A stretch of DNA of 64,000 nucleotides from Anaerolineales bacterium (GCA_041573795.1 JBFFQB010000002.1:46749-110748); one strand, 5' to 3'. Shown: positions 8,435 through 19,306, numbered from the stretch's first letter. Numbers and translations: made by a program. The notes: a model not told the origin generated them from the sequence alone.

Positions 8435-9481
8435 TTGTCAGCTTCAAGCGATGTGAGAGCGACAATCCTGGTCGTGGAAGATGACCCTGCGATGTTGATC
8501 GCCTTCCAGGAAGTGTTGGAAGGCGCCGGCTATGAAGTCGTGGTTGCCGCAAACGGCCGAGATGCATTGTCCTGGCTACATACTCACACCCCAAATCTCA
8601 TCCTATCCGATATCTCCATGCCGGTAATGGATGGTTATAAATTATTTGAAGCAGTCCGTGAGATCCCCGGTGGGGCCTTGATCCCCTTTATCTTCCTTAC
8701 GGCTCGGGGGACCAGGGAAGATATTTTCGCGGGCAAGTCGCGTGGTGCCGATGACTACATAACAAAACCCGTTACAACACAGGAGCTTCTTTCGGCTGTC
8801 AACGCGAGATTACAGCGGTCAGATGAGCTCATGTTTGCTCAGCTTAAAACAGCCTATAAGGAAAGCCTCTTTGTGCTAGCAAATGCCATCGAAATGCGCG
8901 ATGCCTATACTCATGCTCATATGAAGCGCCTCAGCGACTACGCAAGGGCCTTGGCACATAAACTTGAATGGGATCAGACGCAAATGGAGGCTTTAGAATT
9001 TGGGGCTATCCTTCATGATATCGGCAAAATATATATCCCTGAAGCTGTTCTTTGTAAGGAAGGCAAATTATCTGATGACGAGTGGGACGAGATGCGGAAA
9101 CACCCAGAAGTAGGCGCCAGGATGATCCGCGACATCCCATATCTTTCCTCCGCTGTCCCCATGGTCCTTTACCACCATGAACGTTGGGATGGAACAGGCT
9201 ACCCCGAAGGCTTGCGCGGTGACATGATACCCGCCTCCGCTCGACTCCTATCCGTTGCTGACGCTTTCGATGCAATGACCTCCGACCGGCCTTACCGCGA
9301 GGCATTAAGTGCAGAGGTAGCCTATCAAGAGATCATCGACGGGTCAGGAAAGCAGTTCGATCCAGGTATGGTCAAAGCATTGAAGCAGTGTTGGGAGGTT
9401 GGAGATTTTCAACGTATCCTCAAGGGTAAGAATGGGCGCAGGACCAACGGAAAATCTAAACCACCCACAAACAGACGTTAG
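8435..9481 (+). CDS. response regulator receiver domain fused to HD-GYP phosphodiesterase domain (RpfG-like)
   Basis: REC motif ILVVEDDP...LILSDISMPVMDG; HD-GYP motifs ILHDIGK and HHERWDGTGYPEGL; TTG start in the ORF track. Confidence 0.9.
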   Translation: MSASSDVRATILVVEDDPAMLIAFQEVLEGAGYEVVVAANGRDALSWLHTHTPNLILSDISMPVMDGYKLFEAVREIPGGALIPFIFLTARGTREDIFAGKSRGADDYITKPVTTQELLSAVNARLQRSDELMFAQLKTAYKESLFVLANAIEMRDAYTHAHMKRLSDYARALAHKLEWDQTQMEALEFGAILHDIGKIYIPEAVLCKEGKLSDDEWDEMRKHPEVGARMIRDIPYLSSAVPMVLYHHERWDGTGYPEGLRGDMIPASARLLSVADAFDAMTSDRPYREALSAEVAYQEIIDGSGKQFDPGMVKALKQCWEVGDFQRILKGKNGRRTNGKSKPPTNRR

Positions 9482-9538
9482 CGTTCGCCACTCCCCGAAC
9501 TATTTGCCAAGACAAGATTATCCAATAAGATTCTAAGA

Positions 9539-10501
9539 ATGATGTCGCCCCTGAAAAAAGTTTCGGGCATTGTGCGAGTTCAATTATCGCGAATGCTCGA
9601 AAAACTCATGATCTACTACCGGCGAATTAACCACTCGACAGGAGGTACTTTATCGATCCTGTCGCTATCGGTTAGACGCTTTAGTGAGTCAAGGGCTGCA
9701 GAAAATGCAGCCACGCTGGCGTACTACACGCTATTTGCCATTTTTCCTTTCTTGATCTCTCTTGTTGTTGCCGGAAGTTTCTTCCTTGAGCGCGAGGAGG
9801 TCTTTCAGCGTGTTCAGGATTTCGTTACACAAGCATTCCCTGCATCCCAAAGCCTAATTCAAGATAACCTGAATACGATTCTCACATTACGAGGAACAGT
9901 TGGGATTGTCGGGCTTATTGGTTTAGTTTGGTCGGGCACCGGTCTATTCTCAAACTTGATCTACGCGATCAACCGTGCTTGGCCAAACACCAGGCCAAGA
10001 AATTTTATACGCAAACGATTGGCGGGATTTGGGGTTGCGCTCTCATTGGCGCTTCTGCTTGGACTTTCGATCATCACGACAACTACGGTAAATTTGTTGT
10101 TGAGCCTCGACTTTGCGAAATATGGCTTGAGAGCGCTAGAAATACTTCCACTGAGGTCTATGCTGACTCGCTTTTTATCCTGGCTCATGAAAGGCTTCAT
10201 CTTCTTTGGTGTATATATGTGGGCGCCTAATACGCGCGTGCCCATCAAAGCTGCTGCCTGGGGTGCGGCCGTTGCAGCAACGGGATGGGAGCTGGCAACG
10301 GCTGCGTTCACTTGGTATCTCACAAGTGGGTTCACCAGATTTGAACTGGTCTACGGATCGCTAGGAACTGTGGTCGTCTTGATGCTCTGGATTTACATCG
10401 GCGCACTGGTGGTCCTGTTCGGTGCCCATTTAGGTGCAGCAATCGTCGCCTATAACCAAGATCAGCGAGGCGGAACGCTTCAATCCCGTTTCATCCGCTA
10501 A
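9539..10501 (+). CDS. YihY/BrkB (virulence factor BrkB / RNase BN-like) family membrane protein
   Basis: Six hydrophobic segments with family-like AATLAYYTLFAIFPFL and YGSLGTVVVLMLWIY motifs. Confidence 0.8.
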   Translation: MMSPLKKVSGIVRVQLSRMLEKLMIYYRRINHSTGGTLSILSLSVRRFSESRAAENAATLAYYTLFAIFPFLISLVVAGSFFLEREEVFQRVQDFVTQAFPASQSLIQDNLNTILTLRGTVGIVGLIGLVWSGTGLFSNLIYAINRAWPNTRPRNFIRKRLAGFGVALSLALLLGLSIITTTTVNLLLSLDFAKYGLRALEILPLRSMLTRFLSWLMKGFIFFGVYMWAPNTRVPIKAAAWGAAVAATGWELATAAFTWYLTSGFTRFELVYGSLGTVVVLMLWIYIGALVVLFGAHLGAAIVAYNQDQRGGTLQSRFIR

Positions 10502-10831
10502 ACTCCAATTTCTTACACTCGCCGTCTCTAGAACATCTGTACGAATCTCTCATTTATAACCATCACAACGAGCTCGTCTCGTTCTCTATCGATATCCAGC
10601 ACCCTGGAGCAGGGGAGGCAGCGTTGTGCTTCGGCAGTCCACGAATTCAGAATCCCCTCTGACCGCGAGAGATTTCTCCATACAAATTCGTACCCTTGGC
10701 TGGATAGCGTCTGGTGGTGTGGGGGGCTTGACAGGCCGACAAGAAGAGATAAAATTGGCTTATGGTTATGATAAGTACTATTATAGCAAGCATAAATTGG
10801 CTTTGGTAGAAGTGCCGGGAAGGAGTAGTTC

Positions 10832-11824
10832 GTGCCTGATTTATCCCTGATCGAAAGCATTGGCGCGTATCTGGACAGCGTTTCTCTTGCGCGCAGCCCA
10901 AACACTGCCCGAACGTACACAAATGCCCTAAATGCCTTCCTGATCGTATTAGAGGATCAACTCCAAGTCGATCCTGAGAAGACCCCGACGAAAGCAATCG
11001 AGGTCGACTGGGTCACAGCTTTTTCTGATGCCCTCAAAGTTTATGCCCCTGCCACCGAGCGACTATACCTCACAGCCCTGGCTGGCTGGTATGAATTTAT
11101 CGCTGCCGAGCAGCACGCGGATCTAAATCTTCCCCGTTTACGCCTGCTTATTCGCCGCCGCGGCCGAAAACCGGGCCAACGATTGCCCCAATTCCCCCGC
11201 AAGCAAATCGAAGAAGTTGTTAAGTATGCAATTAATCTTGCAAGCCAGAATCGCACGGACGAGGCAGAGCGGCTTCGAAGTCTTCGTGATCGGGCCTTCC
11301 TGCTTACCTTAGCAGACACAGGTGTGCGCGTCCATGAGGCTTGTAACCTGCGGCGAGGAGATGTGGACTGGAATGAAGGACGAGCACTGCTCGTCGGAAA
11401 AGGTGATCAGCAAGCGATTGTCAGATTCTCATCGCGGGCTTTGTCGGCGTTAAAACAATATCTGAACCTTCGGTCGACGCTCGACGGAGGGTCTGGCCGA
11501 CCGCTGGCTTCCCTCCCCCTTTTCTCCCGTCATGATCGTGGTGCTGGAAAGAAGGTTCTGCCCATCTCAACCACAACCGGGCGTGCCATCGTACACCAAC
11601 GTGTGCGTGAATGTTTGGGTGAGGAAATTAGTGCTGAAATCACGCCACACTCCTTCCGTCATTACTTTGTGACAACAGTATTGCGCGGTTCTGGTGGAAA
11701 TTTAAAACTGGCCCAAGAACTTGCCAGGCATCGAAATATCGCCGTTACGCAGCGCTATGCTCATCTTTCGGACGACGAGCTTGATCGCGGGTACCACGAC
11801 ATCTTCGAGCGCGGCGAGAGCTAG
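10832..11824 (+). CDS. tyrosine site-specific recombinase (XerC/XerD-like)
   Basis: N-terminal SAM-like core-binding region (ARSPNTARTYTNALNAF); catalytic region ADTGVRVHEA...HSFRHYF...LARHRNIAVTQRYAHL. Confidence 0.85.
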   Translation: MPDLSLIESIGAYLDSVSLARSPNTARTYTNALNAFLIVLEDQLQVDPEKTPTKAIEVDWVTAFSDALKVYAPATERLYLTALAGWYEFIAAEQHADLNLPRLRLLIRRRGRKPGQRLPQFPRKQIEEVVKYAINLASQNRTDEAERLRSLRDRAFLLTLADTGVRVHEACNLRRGDVDWNEGRALLVGKGDQQAIVRFSSRALSALKQYLNLRSTLDGGSGRPLASLPLFSRHDRGAGKKVLPISTTTGRAIVHQRVRECLGEEISAEITPHSFRHYFVTTVLRGSGGNLKLAQELARHRNIAVTQRYAHLSDDELDRGYHDIFERGES

Positions 11825-12735
11825 GCAGTTTCGTGCAAGCGTTGGGTTCGAAAGATAGTGACGATCAACCCTAACCAGATTAAATCCGCCAGAAGCAGGT
11901 GAAGAATCTGTAGCCAAACTGGGGCCAGGAGGAGCACATTGATCAGGCCAGCGAGTAACTGGGTCAGGATCAATAGGGTTAGTACCATCTGTAATTGCGG
12001 CGCCCGCATTTCTCCCGGAGGAGGCAAGCGAATCCCAATGAGGATGGATAGTGAAGCCAGGAGCGCGATCACCGGATGCCAGATCCGGAGTCGCAATAAG
12101 AAATGTGCGTTGGCATTGAAGTCCTGACGAATCCCTTCGATTAATGTCGAGCTGGGGAACAGGGTATCTCCCAGCGCCGCAATTGCCCCGCTCATCCCGA
12201 CCAGAATAATGCCCACCATACCCAGCATGAGCAGCAAGCCCCGCGTGGAGTAAAGTTCGAATACGGTGGGTGACTTTACCTCCAAATTCTCTATCACCGC
12301 CATAATGGAACCTAAAAGCACAAAAGTATTAAGGAGATGTAAGGCTCCAATTACGGCACGGGTCGCGGAGCTATTGAATGCCACCAGCTCGAAAAGAACA
12401 AGTCCTGCCCCGATCAGCGCCTCTATGATCATCGATCCCATGGCCAGTCCTGCGAAAATTCGGGCAAGATGTCCAGCGTGGAACGTCCAAAACACCCAGA
12501 TCAGTAATCCCAATACCAGCAAGAAAGCAACGCCACTAGAAATACGATGGGTGAACTCAACGATCGTTTCAACGGCCGGTGCACGGGGGATAACCTCGCC
12601 ATTACAGAGCGGCCAATGCTTGCCGCAGCCAGCCCCCGCTCCCGTGGCACGCACATATGCTCCCCATAGGATCACGAGGATACTTACGATGAGCGTAAAG
12701 AAGCTGTAGCGGCGCAGTGACCGTATGTTCTTCAT
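11821..12735 (-). CDS. ctaA: heme A synthase / COX15-CtaA family membrane protein
   Basis: GAGAGCGKHWPLCNGEVIP motif, 8 predicted TM helices, conserved His residues (FTHR, LHLL). Confidence 0.75.
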   Translation of the reverse strand: MKNIRSLRRYSFFTLIVSILVILWGAYVRATGAGAGCGKHWPLCNGEVIPRAPAVETIVEFTHRISSGVAFLLVLGLLIWVFWTFHAGHLARIFAGLAMGSMIIEALIGAGLVLFELVAFNSSATRAVIGALHLLNTFVLLGSIMAVIENLEVKSPTVFELYSTRGLLLMLGMVGIILVGMSGAIAALGDTLFPSSTLIEGIRQDFNANAHFLLRLRIWHPVIALLASLSILIGIRLPPPGEMRAPQLQMVLTLLILTQLLAGLINVLLLAPVWLQILHLLLADLIWLGLIVTIFRTQRLHETA

Positions 12736-15692
12736 GCTTGGTCTTCCGCTTCAGCCCGTAAGAGTGCAGCCAGATATTGCGCCGGATGCAAGGCTTCTAC
12801 TCCAGATCCATCGCGAATCTGCGTTCGGCAAGAAAATCCTGGGGCGACAACAAGCTGATCAAGTTGTTGTGCCTCCCGAACCGAAGGAAGCAAGACTTGC
12901 TCCGCGATCTGAAGGGAGAGATCGTAATGTTCTTCTTCATACCCAAATGCGCCTGCCATTCCACAGCATCCCGATGGTATCTCCGCAATGTTAAGCCCGA
13001 TCAAATCGAACAGTTGTTTAAATGGGTTCGAGCCAACAAGCGCCTTCGTATAGCAGTGATTGTGAAGGCGCGCTGGGGCAACATCTACCTCCCCGCCCCA
13101 ATTATCTAGCGGTTGGGCTCCGGACGAATCTTCCGCAACAAGAAACTCTTCCAAAAGATGTGACCGTTCTGCAAGGGCGTGTGCGCGCGTATCCTTCGGA
13201 AAGAACTCAAGGTATTCATCTCGAAGGGTTAATAGACAGGAAGGTTCCAGTCCGATGATCGGAACCCCTTCAAGGTCATTTGTGCACAAGGCTTCCAGAT
13301 TCTGCCCTGCAAATTTGCGAGCTTCTTTCAGAAATCCTTTGGATATCATTGGGCGTCCGCAGCAACCTTGATCAGGGACGATTTCGACCGAATAGCCCAG
13401 GTGCTCAAGGATAAAGATTGCGTCTCTTCCTATCTCAGGCTGCATAAATTGTGTGTAGGTGTCGACAAACAAAATAACCCGTTTGTTATCCGGTCTTTTC
13501 GTTTTGAACGTCGAATGCCATGATCGAAAAGTTTCTTTTGCAAAACTCGGTATGGAGCGTTCCTTGGATATTCCGAGGATAGCCTGTTGCAGATTGCGCA
13601 GATTCTGATTCCCTCGCGCCCACGAAATAATGTTCGAAAAGGGTTGGGCGATAGTGGCGGCTTTATGAAGATTGGCAAAAAGCCGGCTACGAAGGGGTAC
13701 GCCATGTTCTTGATTGTATAAATGCAAGAATTCTGCTTTGATCCGAGCCATATCAACCGCAGTTGGACATTCTGCCTTACAACCCTTACATTCGAGGCAT
13801 AAGTCCAGCACTTGTACCATTTGCGTACTGGTGAGGGAATCCGGCGGAAGCAGCCCCGACATGGCCGCGCGCAACGCATTTGCCCGCCCGCGTGTTGTGT
13901 GTATCTCATCACGTGTGGCCTGGTAGGAGGGACACATCAGACCTTCTTCCTGTCGACAAACCCCTACACCCGTGCATGCTTCCACGGCGGGTACCCATCC
14001 ACCCTCGCGACGGTGTGCAAAGATCGAGTCAAGTTCTATGACGCTATATTCAGGACCAAAGCGTAAGTTGCTGGTCAAAGAGCCAGCACCGCCATAACCA
14101 CTGCGTGACGGAATGACCTTGCCTGGATTGAAACGCTCATATGGATCGAATGCTTCTTTTATCTCACGAAAGGCTTGCATCAATTCGGGGCCGAACAATC
14201 TTTCGTTATATTCGGTATGTGACAATCCATCGCCATGTTCACCTGAGATCGAACCACGCAAAGATAAAGCGATGTCAATCACCGCTTCGGCAATCTCACG
14301 CATTTGCGTGACACCCGCATCAGTCTTCAAATTGATCATAGGCCGAAGGTGCAAACACCCAGCAGATGCATGGGCGTACCACTCCCCGAAGGTCTGATGC
14401 TCAGCCAAGACCTTCTCGACACGTCGGACGAAATCACTCAGGTGTTCAACAGGAACCGCGACATCCTCGATGAAGGTAATGGGTTTGGTATCACCGGGAA
14501 CCGACATGAGAAGGCCGAGACCGACCTTGCGCACGGCCCAGAGATCATCCATCGCTTGCGGATCATCAAGTAGGATCGCTCCCGATAACGCACTCGCTTT
14601 TTTCGTCGCTTCCGCTTGATCCTTCCCTGTAAATTCGACGACTAAAACTGCTGCTGGATCACCTTCAAGGAAACCCATCCTTCGTGCATAGGCTGGAATT
14701 GCCCTGGCCCGTTCAAAAATTGAGCGCGGGATCAACTCAACTGCATCTGGAGCATAAGAAAGCAGGTCTGGGGTTGCATCGGCTGCTTCGGCAACGCTTT
14801 TAAAAGGAAGGACGGCTAATGCCCTTGCCTGAGGTTGTTCAACCAGATTCAGTTTGATCTTTCGGAGAATCGCCAGCGTGCCTTCTGAGGAGACCATCAG
14901 GGGGGCTAAGTTTGGGCCTGCCGTGGGGGGATAGGCTTGATCCTCCCGATACCAGACTTGAGGTTGGCTGGGTGTGTAGCCGAGCAGGTAATTCAGGCTG
15001 TATCCCGAAGCCCGTCGCCAGGTTCCAGGCCAGTGTTTCGTAACTGCTTCTGCATATACTTCTCGAACATGGGCTATTCGAGCGTAGATTGATCCTTCCA
15101 ATCCCTCCAGGTTTCCCCGCTGTGCAAAGGCCTTTTCAGACAGCGGTTCAAAGCGGGCAATGCTCCCATCGCTCAGTACCACCTCTGTCGCCAGCACATG
15201 GTCGATCGTAAGGCCATAACGAATAGAATGCGCACCCGTGGCATTGTTCCCAACCATCCCACCGAAAGTAGCCCGCTCGGCCGATGCTGGATCCGGGCCA
15301 AACATGAGACCGTACGGCGCAAGCCTTTTGAGTAGCCCATCCAGGATGACTCCCGGCCCCACAATCGCACTTCGTGATTCAAGATCAACTTCATGGATTG
15401 CATTTAGATATTTCGAACAATCTAAAACCAAGCCTTCTCCCAGCGTTTGGCCGGCCATACTGGATCCAGAACCACGCGGGATGATAGGTACGTCGTATTC
15501 GTTCGCAATTTCAACGACGGCACAAATTTCATCTTCATCGCGTGGAAGCACGATGCCGAGGGGTTCGATTTGAAAGTTCGAGGCATCTGTACTGTAAAGT
15601 ACGCGGGAAATGCGATCGAATAATATTTCCCCCGTGATTCTTTTCTCTAGAGACTGTTTGATGTCAAGGGATTTCTCTTTGGTGCTTTCCAT
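12732..15692 (-). CDS. FAD-binding oxidase fused to 4Fe-4S and CCG (cysteine-rich) domains (GlcD-GlcF-like / D-lactate dehydrogenase-like)
   Basis: N-terminal FAD_binding_4-like PRGSGSSMAGQ; central CxxCxxCxxxCP cluster (CLECKGCKAECP); two C-terminal CCG motifs (QGCCGRP, SGCCGMAG). Confidence 0.9.
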   Translation of the reverse strand: MESTKEKSLDIKQSLEKRITGEILFDRISRVLYSTDASNFQIEPLGIVLPRDEDEICAVVEIANEYDVPIIPRGSGSSMAGQTLGEGLVLDCSKYLNAIHEVDLESRSAIVGPGVILDGLLKRLAPYGLMFGPDPASAERATFGGMVGNNATGAHSIRYGLTIDHVLATEVVLSDGSIARFEPLSEKAFAQRGNLEGLEGSIYARIAHVREVYAEAVTKHWPGTWRRASGYSLNYLLGYTPSQPQVWYREDQAYPPTAGPNLAPLMVSSEGTLAILRKIKLNLVEQPQARALAVLPFKSVAEAADATPDLLSYAPDAVELIPRSIFERARAIPAYARRMGFLEGDPAAVLVVEFTGKDQAEATKKASALSGAILLDDPQAMDDLWAVRKVGLGLLMSVPGDTKPITFIEDVAVPVEHLSDFVRRVEKVLAEHQTFGEWYAHASAGCLHLRPMINLKTDAGVTQMREIAEAVIDIALSLRGSISGEHGDGLSHTEYNERLFGPELMQAFREIKEAFDPYERFNPGKVIPSRSGYGGAGSLTSNLRFGPEYSVIELDSIFAHRREGGWVPAVEACTGVGVCRQEEGLMCPSYQATRDEIHTTRGRANALRAAMSGLLPPDSLTSTQMVQVLDLCLECKGCKAECPTAVDMARIKAEFLHLYNQEHGVPLRSRLFANLHKAATIAQPFSNIISWARGNQNLRNLQQAILGISKERSIPSFAKETFRSWHSTFKTKRPDNKRVILFVDTYTQFMQPEIGRDAIFILEHLGYSVEIVPDQGCCGRPMISKGFLKEARKFAGQNLEALCTNDLEGVPIIGLEPSCLLTLRDEYLEFFPKDTRAHALAERSHLLEEFLVAEDSSGAQPLDNWGGEVDVAPARLHNHCYTKALVGSNPFKQLFDLIGLNIAEIPSGCCGMAGAFGYEEEHYDLSLQIAEQVLLPSVREAQQLDQLVVAPGFSCRTQIRDGSGVEALHPAQYLAALLRAEAEDQA

Positions 15693-15780
15693 TTTTTTTT
15701 TGGTTCCTCAAGACTGCAACAGCGCCAAATATTTACACAGGTGTGGAAAGAAGGCGTAAGTTCGGCCAAACAGTAGCGCC

Positions 15781-17094
15781 TCAGCGCATGTAAGGCTCAA
15801 ATTCGTGCAGTAAATGTCTGGGGATTTGGCCTTTGAGGATAACGCTATCTTCCTCATAATCTGTCTGCTCGATCTGGCCTTGATCATGGAAGATACTGAT
15901 AAGTCGACCAAGTTTATAGGGTAAAGACACAGTGATAGGCTCGAGCTCGCTGTAAACCTCATTCTCAAGAACCGACAGAAGCAAATCTGTACCTGTACCT
16001 TTCAGTGCAGAGATCGGTACAGCCCGATCGTATTGATCCACGATATCTTGCAGATCAACGCCGTCGGGTAATCGATCTATCTTATTCAGGGCCGTCACAA
16101 TAGGGATGTGGTCAGCCTCTATCTCTTCCAGGGTCCGAATGACTGATTCTGCCTGGGCTTGAAAATTTGAATGGGTAATGTCTACAACATGCAGAAGCAC
16201 ATCTGCATCACGAATCTCTTCCAATGTTGCGCGGAATGCTGCCACCAGTGTTGTCGGTAATTTCTGAATGAATCCGACCGTGTCCGTGAGGAGAATCGTT
16301 CTTCCGCCCGGCGATTTCACTCGTCGGGTAGTCGGGTCCAGCGTCGCAAATAACTCGTCGGCCACATAAACGTCAGCCCTGGACAAGGTATTTAAGAGGG
16401 TTGATTTCCCGGCATTAGTGTATCCAACCAAGGCAATTGTCGGAATGGCAGCTTCTTTGCGCCGCGCCCGATAGCGGCCGCGGTGATCTCTCACTTTTTC
16501 AAGTTCTTCTCGTAAGTGGGAGATCCGACGGCGGATATCTCGCCGATCAACCTCAAGTTGTGTTTCTCCGGGCCCTCGAAGGCCCACCCCTCCCACAGAA
16601 CCCGCTCGCCCACCTCCCCCACCGGCCTGACGGGCGAGATGGGTCCAAGCCCGCGTTAGACGCGGTAATCGATACTCATATTGAGCCAACTCAACCTGTA
16701 AGGCTCCTTCGCGTGTGGCTGCATGTTGGGCGAAGATATCCAGGATTAGCGCTGTCCGGTCAACGACCCGTACGGCATCGCCATATACTCGCTCGAGTTC
16801 GCGCTGGTGGCGCGGGTTTAGTTCATCGTCAAATAGTAAGACATCTGCCACAAGTTCTGAGATCAGCTCACGGACTTCCTCAACTTTTCCAGATCCAAGG
16901 TAGGTTTTAGGATTGGGTCGATCGAGGTTCTGGCGGGCTTCACCGACGACGTCCAATCCAGCTGTCTCCGCCAAAAGGGCCAGCTCGTTCAAAGAATCAT
17001 CAAGGGTTAGAAAACCTGGATCCTGTTTAAATGCAACCCCAACCAATAAAGCGCGCTCATTTGGTAATTCTGTCGGAGATGTATTCTTGCTCAT
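15781..17094 (-). CDS. hflX: GTPase HflX
   Basis: HflX N-domain (LDIFAQHA...GALQVELAQ), G1 GYTNAGKST, G3 DTVGF, G4 NKID. Confidence 0.95.
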   Translation of the reverse strand: MSKNTSPTELPNERALLVGVAFKQDPGFLTLDDSLNELALLAETAGLDVVGEARQNLDRPNPKTYLGSGKVEEVRELISELVADVLLFDDELNPRHQRELERVYGDAVRVVDRTALILDIFAQHAATREGALQVELAQYEYRLPRLTRAWTHLARQAGGGGGRAGSVGGVGLRGPGETQLEVDRRDIRRRISHLREELEKVRDHRGRYRARRKEAAIPTIALVGYTNAGKSTLLNTLSRADVYVADELFATLDPTTRRVKSPGGRTILLTDTVGFIQKLPTTLVAAFRATLEEIRDADVLLHVVDITHSNFQAQAESVIRTLEEIEADHIPIVTALNKIDRLPDGVDLQDIVDQYDRAVPISALKGTGTDLLLSVLENEVYSELEPITVSLPYKLGRLISIFHDQGQIEQTDYEEDSVILKGQIPRHLLHEFEPYMR

Positions 17095-17097
17095 GCG

Positions 17098-18321
17098 TTA
17101 GTCTCGTGCCCTAGCAAGAAGACGTTTAGAAAGATCGTCAGGGGGCTGCTCGCGAAAGGGGATCATCAAATGGAAAACGCTGCCTGGACAAGCCTCGGGA
17201 TCATAACCAGGCGAATCAACCCAAACAGCTCCGCCATGAGCCTCAATAATCCCTTTGCACAGGTGTAAGCCTAAACCTGATCCTGCTGTTGCGCTCTCCT
17301 CGTCCTGAGAACCCATCGGATCAACTACTCTTCCAAACTGTTCGAAGATCCGAACCTGGTCTTCAGCTGCGATGCCCACCCCGGTATCTTTCACGGAGAT
17401 CTCGATAAATCCAGGTAATGACCTCCCCTGTACCTGAATCTTACCTTTCTCGGGAGTGAAGGTAATGGCATTGTCAATCACCTCTACCAACGCTTGCTCC
17501 AAGCGCTCACCATCGGCATAAACGGTTTGATCAAACCCATCAAAAGCTTCAACCTGCACATCCAGTTCTTTTACTTCAAATTGCGAATTGAATTCTTGGA
17601 CTACATGGTTAATCAGGTCGATCAAACGTAGCGGTTGATAATAGAGAGAAAGCATTTTGTTATCGATCATGGCGACATCAACAAGATCATCAATTAACTC
17701 CCGCATTCTCTCAGTCCCACTCTCAATTCCTGCGAGCAGAGGCTTGGCTTCCTCATCGGCACCCACTTGTTCCGATAACATTTGCGAGTACCCTTCGACA
17801 AGTGTGAGAGGAGTTTTTAATCCATGGGCAGCAATGGAAACAAAGTTAGCCCTGGACTCATCTAATCTCTCAAGCGCTTCCTGGACCTCCTTCAGTCTTC
17901 GCTGTGCTCGGAGAAGGCTCCCTGTCGCTTCAACATAGGCGATGTATTCAACTGCCCTGCTGAAGAATTTTTCCATGGCACTCTGAGCCTTTGCCAAATC
18001 CTGATCAGTACAATTTTCTTGAATGCTGATGAGGATGATCGCCCTGATAGTATGCAGCTCATGGATGAGGCTATTCTCCTGATATGTTTCAAACGATACG
18101 GGATCAACAGATTCATCCTCTGTGGATTGAAGCCATCCATCCAGAAGATGCATCATACTCTTCGTATCCCCTGTTAAATGACTCTCAAGCATGACTTCGA
18201 GCAGACGTGAAACGTCACTTGTGGAAAGCCGGGCAGCCATCTCGCTTTCAGCCAGATGTTCCGCATAGGCTCGCTCCCAATCTGGCTTCATTCGCAGAAG
18301 GAGTTCAACAAGTTTTGGCAT
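17098..18321 (-). CDS. cytoplasmic sensor histidine kinase (HisKA + HATPase_c)
   Basis: H-box FVSIAAHGLKTPLT, N-box VIDNAITFT, G-boxes KDTGVGI and GSGLGLHLC; no TM segment. Confidence 0.85.
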   Translation of the reverse strand: MPKLVELLLRMKPDWERAYAEHLAESEMAARLSTSDVSRLLEVMLESHLTGDTKSMMHLLDGWLQSTEDESVDPVSFETYQENSLIHELHTIRAIILISIQENCTDQDLAKAQSAMEKFFSRAVEYIAYVEATGSLLRAQRRLKEVQEALERLDESRANFVSIAAHGLKTPLTLVEGYSQMLSEQVGADEEAKPLLAGIESGTERMRELIDDLVDVAMIDNKMLSLYYQPLRLIDLINHVVQEFNSQFEVKELDVQVEAFDGFDQTVYADGERLEQALVEVIDNAITFTPEKGKIQVQGRSLPGFIEISVKDTGVGIAAEDQVRIFEQFGRVVDPMGSQDEESATAGSGLGLHLCKGIIEAHGGAVWVDSPGYDPEACPGSVFHLMIPFREQPPDDLSKRLLARARD

Positions 18322-18379
18322 AGAAAAGAGGATCCCTTATCAACATTGTGCGGCTCTCAAGTTTACACGTGTTCCTACT

Positions 18380-19306
18380 TTACTGCGAAGTACTTCCTTC
18401 CCCTGATTCGTAGCTCAACATCCAGGTCTCCAGCGTTGTGCCAATGGCATTCAAACTCTCTGCTGAGACCTTGTCGATATTATCTTCCAGCGTATGCCAG
18501 TATGGATAGGTGAAGTCGATGATAAGAACTGCTGGGATTTCTGCCTGTATGAATGGAATATGATCATCTACTATGCTGGGCCCAGGTTCGTTTACGAACG
18601 CTTCAAAACCCAATTCTTGCCCCGTAGCCCAAATCGAGGAAACCAGCGCTGGATCAGAATTCCTTTCAACGGGTAGTCGTAAATCCCTATCACCGATCAT
18701 ATCCACAATGATGACAGCTTGTAGATCTTGATCAAGCTGATCAACAAAATAGCGGGAACCGACATCCCAATCCCACCCATCAATCCGCCCTTGATCCTCG
18801 GCATCAAAAAATGCAAAGACCAGATTGATTTGCTTCGAATCGATGAACACTCGGGCCAGCTCCAAAAGCACAGCCACACCGGAGGCACCGTCATTTGCGC
18901 CCGGAACGGCCAACGTGGGATTATTCAAATCGCGATCCGCGAACTTGCGTGTGTCGTAGTGTGCGCCAAGCAAGATCGGGTTCTCCCGGTCAGAGGCTGG
19001 ATGGTAGGCAATGATATTGGTCAGAAATGAACCCTTATACTCAAACGACTGTTGCTCCACGGCCCACCCCATCTCTTCAAGTTCTTCGACCAACCAGTCC
19101 TGTATTTGAATATGGCCAGTCGATCCGGGGAAGCGGGGACCGAAAGCCATTTGGTCGTTTACATATTGCAATGCTCGATCCCCTGAAAAGGTTCGTGCAA
19201 GCTCGGGTGTACTCACAGATTGGCAGGCTGAAAGCAAGGGTAGAAGGAACAAGCCTGTGCGTATAGCCTTGTTGAGATTATTGGAATATAAAAAGCGAGG
19301 GATCAT
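18380..19306 (-). CDS. M28 family metallopeptidase (aminopeptidase / glutaminyl-cyclase-like), secreted
   Basis: Signal-like N-terminus; GAHYDT, GANDGASGVAVLLELAR and FFDAEDQG metal-ligand motifs. Confidence 0.8.
   Translation of the reverse strand: MIPRFLYSNNLNKAIRTGLFLLPLLSACQSVSTPELARTFSGDRALQYVNDQMAFGPRFPGSTGHIQIQDWLVEELEEMGWAVEQQSFEYKGSFLTNIIAYHPASDRENPILLGAHYDTRKFADRDLNNPTLAVPGANDGASGVAVLLELARVFIDSKQINLVFAFFDAEDQGRIDGWDWDVGSRYFVDQLDQDLQAVIIVDMIGDRDLRLPVERNSDPALVSSIWATGQELGFEAFVNEPGPSIVDDHIPFIQAEIPAVLIIDFTYPYWHTLEDNIDKVSAESLNAIGTTLETWMLSYESGEGSTSQ

Noticed and set aside
10528-10997. Minus-strand ORFs of 130 aa and 116 aa in and around the gap upstream of the recombinase gene
   Set aside because: They overlap each other and the recombinase start, lack an RBS, and have odd composition. 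They are treated as non-coding.
6451-11824. Possible genomic island: the tmRNA gene as an integration site plus a tyrosine recombinase about 4 kb away
   Set aside because: The recombinase lies on the 5' side of ssrA, beyond smpB and two ordinary genes. No direct repeat of the ssrA 3' end is seen, there is no phage or transposon cargo, and no compositional break is visible by eye. It looks like a housekeeping Xer-type recombinase.
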